A program made the translations under genes and the position numbers. The notes under the pieces were generated by a model. The model saw nothing but the letters and a program-made list of their open reading frames with translations, did no database searches and had not been told where the DNA came from. Of a stretch of 64,000 nucleotides of DNA, positions 57,789 to 64,000 are shown piece by piece. The stretch is from Eledone cirrhosa (taxonomy: Eukaryota). Where the stretch lies: NCBI GenBank assembly GCA_964016885.1, contig OZ024743.1, positions 194,556,001 through 194,620,000 of the forward strand, in the 5' to 3' direction. Every line of letters starts with the position of its first letter. Position 1 is the first letter of the stretch.

Positions 57789-57893
57789 TTCCCGCCGAGG
57801 TTGACTTTGCCTTTCAACTTTACTGGGTCGATAAAATAAAGTACCAGCAATGCACTGGGTAATTGCTGGCCTTGTGCCTACAGTAGAAACAAT
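57789..57893 (+). mobile_element. 5'-truncated SINE copy in (TTA)n
   Basis: cccgccgaggttgactttgcc...gtagaaacaa. Confidence 0.85.
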
Positions 57894-57927
57894 TATTATT
57901 ATTATTATTATTATTATTGTTGTTATT

Positions 57928-58051
57928 ACTCTTTGAGTCTCAGTCATTGATGTTAGTTAACTGGAAAGATTGTTGAAATGAATATCAAGCCACTACCTGC
58001 AGCCTCAGATATTCAGGACGTATCGGAGGGTTCTTGCTGTTCCCAGCAAGC
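57928..58051 (-). mobile_element. Extreme 3' fragment of a second R4/Dong-like family
   Basis: Minus strand reads CLLGTARTLRYVLNI-stop, short UTR, then (TAA)n. Confidence 0.6.
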
Positions 58052-58066
58052 ATTATTATTATTATT

Positions 58067-58368
58067 ACAGTTGCATTTATCTTGCTTTATGTTCATACGA
58101 GTTATCACCAAGTCACAACCAGTACCTCAAGAGACAACAAGGTCCGCCATGTTCAAGAAAGAACATACATACTCACACATGCATCTTTAATGTTTAGACT
58201 TGTGATGTACTTATATTGACAGAATCTTCCTTAGTACATGGGCAGTTCCCATTAGTACTATCTTTTGTATTTCTCCTATACGCGGGTTTCCTGGGATTTG
58301 CGATAAGTAATCATTAGACCCATTAGGTATCATTCCCAGAGCGCCTACAACCACTGGTATTGTTTTAG

Positions 58369-58370
<2 letters not shown>
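58067..58370 (-). mobile_element. 5'-truncated R4/Dong-like copy
   Basis: Near-identical to 63431-63736; (TAA)n on both sides. Confidence 0.9.
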
Positions 58371-58404
<34 letters not shown>

Positions 58405-58707
58405 GAATGCTATGGTTGACGGAGGCTCGGCTCTTTAAGGTATTGTAAATTTTGAACGCTATAACAATTGTAAATTGTTTAAAACTTTTACCAACTTGTA
58501 GACAAAAATACCCTCCTCCTCGTGAGAGGGGTCGTTCTGCCCGTTATTTGGCCCTTCGGGGTTAAATAACTGCTTATTGGGGTTTTGTGCCCAATATTTA
58601 TTTTAAACCAATAAAAAAACCACACGGCTACGAAAAAGAATTTTCATAGGTCACTCCCACTCATTCCGTCTTCTTCTTCCTCAATCGTCACCACAGCAGA
58701 GAGAAGA

Positions 58708-60727
58708 TTGTCTCTCTCCCTCCCTTCTTTAAATGTGTCTCTCTCCCTCCCTTCTCTTTCGCAAGCGACGACAGAAAAGAAAAGTCTCGTGCAAAGCGTG
58801 CAAGATTTCTCCACGACGACGACCACAACGACGACGAAACAGGTGTGCGGGAAATACGAAAACCCATTTCATTCGTCTGACGTCAGGAATAATAGCAGTA
58901 GCAGCCGTAATAACAACAGCAACAGTGACAATGAAAACAACAGTAGCAGCCGCAACAGCATCAGCAGCAGCATAAACAACAACAGCATTAGCATCAGCAA
59001 CAACAACAACAACCACAGCAACAGCGGCGGCGGCAGTAGTCGTAGTACCTGCAGCAACAACAAAAGTAACAGCAGCTCTGACGACAACAACAACAACAAC
59101 AGCAGCAAAGAAAAACCAATCTCGTTTGCAGGTATCGCGAAGAACCTGGAAACAATCCTCATAACAAATGAGGAATTAGAGGAAGCGAAGATGGTGACAA
59201 AAACTGGACACCGAGCAATCTGCAAGGCAGCGGAACATTTTTTCGAAACCCAACAGCACTGTACGGTCACGTACCGTACTGTAAGTACAAAATCCCGTAG
59301 GGTGGAAAGAGCCACAGAGGCTCAAATACAAAAAGCCTTGGGGTCTGTGTGGCAGCGGAAAACACACATCACCCGAGGCAAGAAATATGCCACCGTAGAC
59401 GTACTTTTGCCACACACCAGGAGGCAAAGGCTCAATCCGTAGTGACCCTAAGGAGCGAGGAAATGGTGTTGGTGCCCTCCTACTGCGGGCAAAAAATTGT
59501 GAGGATCAAACTGACCCACGTCCCCCCCGGGATGGCCCCTTCTTGGCTGGCCGCGTCTGTCCTCGTCGGAATCGAGGACAAAACAACTGTACTGCAAGTA
59601 CAGAAAAAAGTAAGAGAAGATTGGGTCGGCACCTCCATTGAGATGTTAATCCAAACCAACCAGGAGTGCATCGAAGCTATCCCGGATGTGATAGACTTCA
59701 ATAACGGCACTCAACTGCCCATAAGTGTTGAGGGCAAACGCCCGAAATGCTTTCGCTGTGGATCGAAGACTCACCTCAGGGCCTTCTGCAACGAGAAGAC
59801 CCTGAGAAAGGAGAAAACCCCCCTCTTTCCGAAACCGGCTCCACGGCTACCAGCAACAGGAAAGCGGCAACCAGGAACGATAGGTCCGTGGCACCCATAC
59901 CCACTTCACGGAAATCAAAAACAGCAGTAGCAGTGGAAATACTAACAACAACAACAGCAATACCAAATGCAGCTGCAACAGAGACTCCAGTGCAAACATC
60001 ACCAACAACAACAAGTGAAAGAGTGGAGCTGGTAGCCCTCCCCGACCTCACAGAATCAGACATGGAGTGTGAGGTGGGAGAGAGATGGCAAAAGGTCGTA
60101 AGAAGGCACAAACGCAGAAGCAGCGCATCGTCGCCTTTGAAAAGGGAGGAAAGAAATGAGAAAAGGGTAAAGTCTACTGCAAAGAGACCCACAGCAGCAA
60201 CAACACCAACACCATCACCACCCACACTAGCGCCACCATCACCACCGGCGACAACCCCACCGCCAACAACACCTTCAACACCACCACCACAAGCACCAAC
60301 ATCGCAAACACAACAACAAAACACACACGCCCAGCAACAACGACAAGAAAATAGCAGAACCACACCCCACCCCCAGAAAAACAAATGCACGGCAATAAAT
60401 ACACACAACAAGAAACTAATGACTTACATAATTGAACACACAGACATTTCACAACAGGACTACATAATACCAGCACCAATCAAAACGCCAACTAACATAA
60501 GACTGCTAAAAATAGCACAGAAACAATACACAAACATTAAAACGAAATTCCCCAACGCAGTTGGTGATTTCAGAGACCTAGGAGGAACTATCAACCGAAG
60601 AGTATATTCGGACATACTCATAGAAGAGCCGATGACCAGCCGAAGGGACGATTCAACGGTCCCTTCAACAGACGATCAAGTGAAAAGGGATGTAAAAACC
60701 ATCCCTCCTCTACCAAAAGTACGGTAA
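58708..60727 (+). pseudogene. Tx1-type ORF1 (Asn/Ser-rich N-terminus, CCHC knuckle, Pro/Thr-rich tail), two frameshifts
   Basis: Overlapping ORFs 58708-59442, 59349-59930 and 59747-60727. Confidence 0.8.
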
Positions 60728-60759
60728 GTGGTCTTTCCCATCTTTTCCACTCTATTTTA

Positions 60760-63157
60760 AACATAACCTCACTCAGAATAGGCAGCATAAATGCTCGTGG
60801 CTTGGGGTCGTCATGGAAGCAGGGTCACCTGCTCAACGACCTCAGGTCACTAAACATAGATGTAGTGGCCATCAGCGAGACCAGAATCTCCGAAGCACGG
60901 GCCTTCGCACTGATCTTCGGCGGCTACGATGTGTACGCATCTCCCAGCCGTCCTGGATCGGGGGGATGAGTTGCTGTGCTTTTTCGGAGAGGTTTGGATC
61001 TCGACATACGGGCCATCTTCCTGGACCCAGAGGGTAAGTTGGTGGTGCTGGACGTGACCAGCGGAGACGGGAAAGCTTTCAGGCTAGTGGCCGTCTATGC
61101 CCCGACAGGAGCAGGGCGGCCTGATTTCTTCCGGCGTCTGGAGACCTTTCTTGGAACGTCCCGCTCTTTAGTGTTAGTGGGCGACTGGAACGGGATCTTA
61201 GATGCACGCTGGGATTGTGTGGGATTAGTGGATAGGGAAGGAGGGTGCAAGAGTCTCACCAACCTGCTCAGGCGTTTTGAACTGTCTGACAGGTACCGAA
61301 TGGATTTCCCGAATGTGCCAATGTGGACTTGGACAAATCGCATATGGTCATCCAGATCATATCTAGATAGAGTATTTTGTAGGGAAATAGATAGGTCTAG
61401 CATAGGCTGTCCACAATTCAAGATAGTCAGCTACACGGACCACAAATTCGTGATCTGTGTGCTTGATTTAGATAGGCTTAATAGACGAGGACCCGGCTAC
61501 TGGAAGCTAAACGCGTCCTTACCAGCGCGCAAGGCCTACAGAGACCGTATTAGCGAACTAGTTAAGCGGGCGTTGACGGGGCCATCGTCAACAAGTGGTG
61601 GTTTGCTCTGAAAAGAGCAATTAGAATAGAGTCCATTAGGTTTAGTAAGGCTTTAGCAATAGAGAAAAATAGAGCAGAGGGAGAATTAGTTAATAAATTA
61701 GACAAGGCGCTTAGCAAAGCATCGCTGCACAAACTGGAGACGTTGAGGGGGGTCCCGCGCGAACTAGGATGCGGAAGATCCGTGTCAGCATATGCCGACG
61801 ATATCACCGTAGTGGTGTCGAACGCCAAACGCATCTAGGTGATCGGCACTACACTAAGAGAATACGAAGCGGTGACAGGAGCAATGATCAACCAGGAAAA
61901 GTCAGTGGGCCTGCAGCTCGGCACCTGGAGAGACAGGTCCATGCCGTCCAACAGCGTCGTCGGGTGCTGGACGGACGGACCGGTTAAATTGCCAGGGGTC
62001 TGGTTCGGTCCAGACCTCCAGACGGACAAAACTGGGACGAGGTGACGAGCAGGGTGGCTTCTCTCACCCAGAAATGGCCCGAGAGGAAGCTATCCCTGAA
62101 AGGTCGAGCGGAGGTGGCTAACGCGTACATCGCGTCCGTCATCTACTACCGCCTGACCGTCGTACCTTGTCCTAAACCTCTCCTGACTGCGCTGGAGCGT
62201 TTGCTCTTTCGCTTCTTGTGGAAGGGACGCGCTCCGATGGTCAGGCGGTCCATCTGCTGTCAACACCCGCTACATGGAGGGCTGGGCATGCAGTGGCTGA
62301 TGATGCGCAGACACGCGCTCAGGCTACGACATCTCCACCTCTTCCTCGACGGTGATCACGCGTGGTCGCCGTTTGCTAGACACGTTTTTCCCCAGCTCGT
62401 TTCCTTGACGGAGCTGCAGTCCTGGGTCAAGCGAAGACCGAGAGGGAGCGCCTGGAGACTGGAATGTCTTCAGGCGCTCACAGCCCTCGACCAATCGGGC
62501 AATGTGATCGGTGGAAACTCCACCTTGGCGTTCTATAGGGGATCAGTGGAGGGTAAGAGCGACGACGTACTTGGAGAAACTCTACGCGTCGACGAAAATC
62601 AACTAGCCAGTCTCTTCGGAAGGACTTTCGGGCCGGGGCCTATGGACAATTTCCAGAAATCCCTGGCCTGGCAGTGCTACCGGGATGCTTTGCCAGTTCG
62701 GGATAAACTCTACAGGCATGGAGGTGCCGTCAGGCGGGCATGTCCGAGATGCGCGCAGGGCGACGAAACCGTCCTGCACGCACTCGTCCAGTGTCCGAGC
62801 ATTGCTGACTTGTGGGTTTATGTCGAACACCTGCTGTCACGTGTAGGACGGATCCAGCTATCAGCTGAGTCCATCGTGAGGATTGCCCCGCCCTCCTCTT
62901 TTAGCCGGGAAGAGCAGGCAGTTTTTATCTGTCTGGTGGCCATGGCGAAAGAGATAGTATGGTGGACACGTTTGAAAGGGCTGAAGACGAGCACTTACCT
63001 CTTCGGTGATGCCCTGATTAACTTTTTCAAATTTCATTTGAAAAGGAAAATCAGGGTAGAGAGGGAAGTGCTCTTTTCCCAGCATTTTGTTGAAAGATGG
63101 GTGAGAGAAGCAAGTATGGCCCGAATGAATGGGCCTTCTCTGAGTATGTGTCTGTAA
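60760..63157 (+). pseudogene. Tx1-type ORF2 (APE endonuclease, partial RT, zinc finger) with stops, frameshifts and internal deletion
   Basis: ORFs 60976-61611, 61839-62045 and 62042-63157; RT motifs upstream of YADD are absent. Confidence 0.85.
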
Positions 63158-63430
63158 ATTAAAGGTGGAAAACTGGGAGAGGGCACTTGCCCTGGTGGTC
63201 AGGGTCACTGTGGTCTTTTAATGGGCTTTCTCCACAAATGTCCCTCCGAAGTCTCCCCCCTATTAGGGAATTTTTCATTGTTATTTTATTACATCCTCTG
63301 TTTTTTTACACGCAGAAATGCCCATTTGTACCGTCCTGTATTCTCCTGTACTGTCCTTAATGTCTACTTTATGTAAACCCTTGTGGTTAATAAAGAAAAC
63401 ATTATTATTATTATTATTATAATTATTATT

Positions 63431-64000
63431 ACAGTTGCATTTATCTTGCTTTATGTTCATACGAGTTATCACCAAGTCATAACCAGTGACCTCAAGAGAC
63501 AACAAGGTCCGCCATGTTCAAGGAAGAACACATATACTCACACATGCATCTTTAGTGTTTAGACTTGTGATGTACTTATATTGACAGAATCTTCCTTAGT
63601 ATATGGGCAGTTCCCATTAGTACTATCTTTTGTATTTCTCCTATACGCGGGTTTCCTGGGATCTGCGATAAGTAATCATTAGACCCCTTAGGTATCATTC
63701 CCAGAGCGCCTACAACCACTGGTATTGTTTTAGTTCTCAATTTCCACATTTTTCCAATTTCTATCTCCAGGTCCTTATACTTGCTCAATTTTTCAAATGT
63801 TTTTATAGATACATTCTTGTCTATTGGAACAGACATATCAATTAGCAGGCATACCCTCTTTTTAAAGTCCTTCAATATTATATCAGGTCTATTTGCATCT
63901 ATTTTTCGGTCTGTTTGGATGGTAAAGTTCCACAAGATTGAGATGTGATCTTTTTCAAGTATGGGAGGTGGTTGATGCTCCCACCAATTCTTTTGATGGG
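63431..64000 (-). mobile_element. R4/Dong-like LINE 3' part (RLE domain), runs off the window
   Basis: ORF 63576-63935: NRPDII...LID...K..EK..KY..L...IPVVVGALG...GTAHILRKIL; (TAA)n tail. Confidence 0.9.

Larger units (their letters stand above)
58405..63400 (+). mobile_element. L1/Tx1-type LINE, near full length but disrupted
   Basis: ORF1 in three frames with zinc knuckle CFRCGSKTHLRAFC; ORF2 APE motifs (NARGL, ISET, VYAP, GDWN, LDRVF, TDH, GYWKLN), YADD, C-terminal CPRC...H...C; AATAAA at the 3' end; (TTA)n on both sides. Confidence 0.92.

Noticed and set aside
58869-60479. Minus-strand ORFs over Tx1 ORF1
   Set aside because: Antisense shadows of (AAC/AGC/ACC)-rich ORF1

Overview
AT-rich, microsatellite-dense eukaryotic non-coding DNA. 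The SINE family and repeat landscape suggest an octopus/coleoid cephalopod (inference). I found no intact host gene, and nearly all ORFs in the track are (TA)n/(CA)n/(TACA)n artefacts. Recognisable content: a disrupted L1/Tx1-type LINE (58.4-63.4 kb), R4/Dong-type RLE LINEs in (TACA)n and (TAA)n repeats, RTE and CRE fragments, over 20 copies of a tRNA-derived SINE, a pogo/Tigger MITE end, a Helitron end, and a four-copy non-autonomous RTE-like retroposon whose longest copy starts with an HDV-like ribozyme fold. The most striking signal is a set of about 10 short, non-coding elements embedded in (TA)n that share little visible sequence but share an architecture: an inverted (fold-back) and/or tandem repeat, a one-sided tail (77-86 nt in the best-preserved cases, or about 30-40 nt), and often a minimal type I hammerhead ribozyme with a palindromic stem III. 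This is the footprint of Penelope-like-element (PLE) pseudo-LTRs. Notable variants are a U3-A8 hammerhead core, fold-back apices located in or at the ribozyme, and one member carrying a tRNA-like Pol III cassette instead of a visible ribozyme. All RNA folds were derived by eye and need computational and biochemical confirmation.
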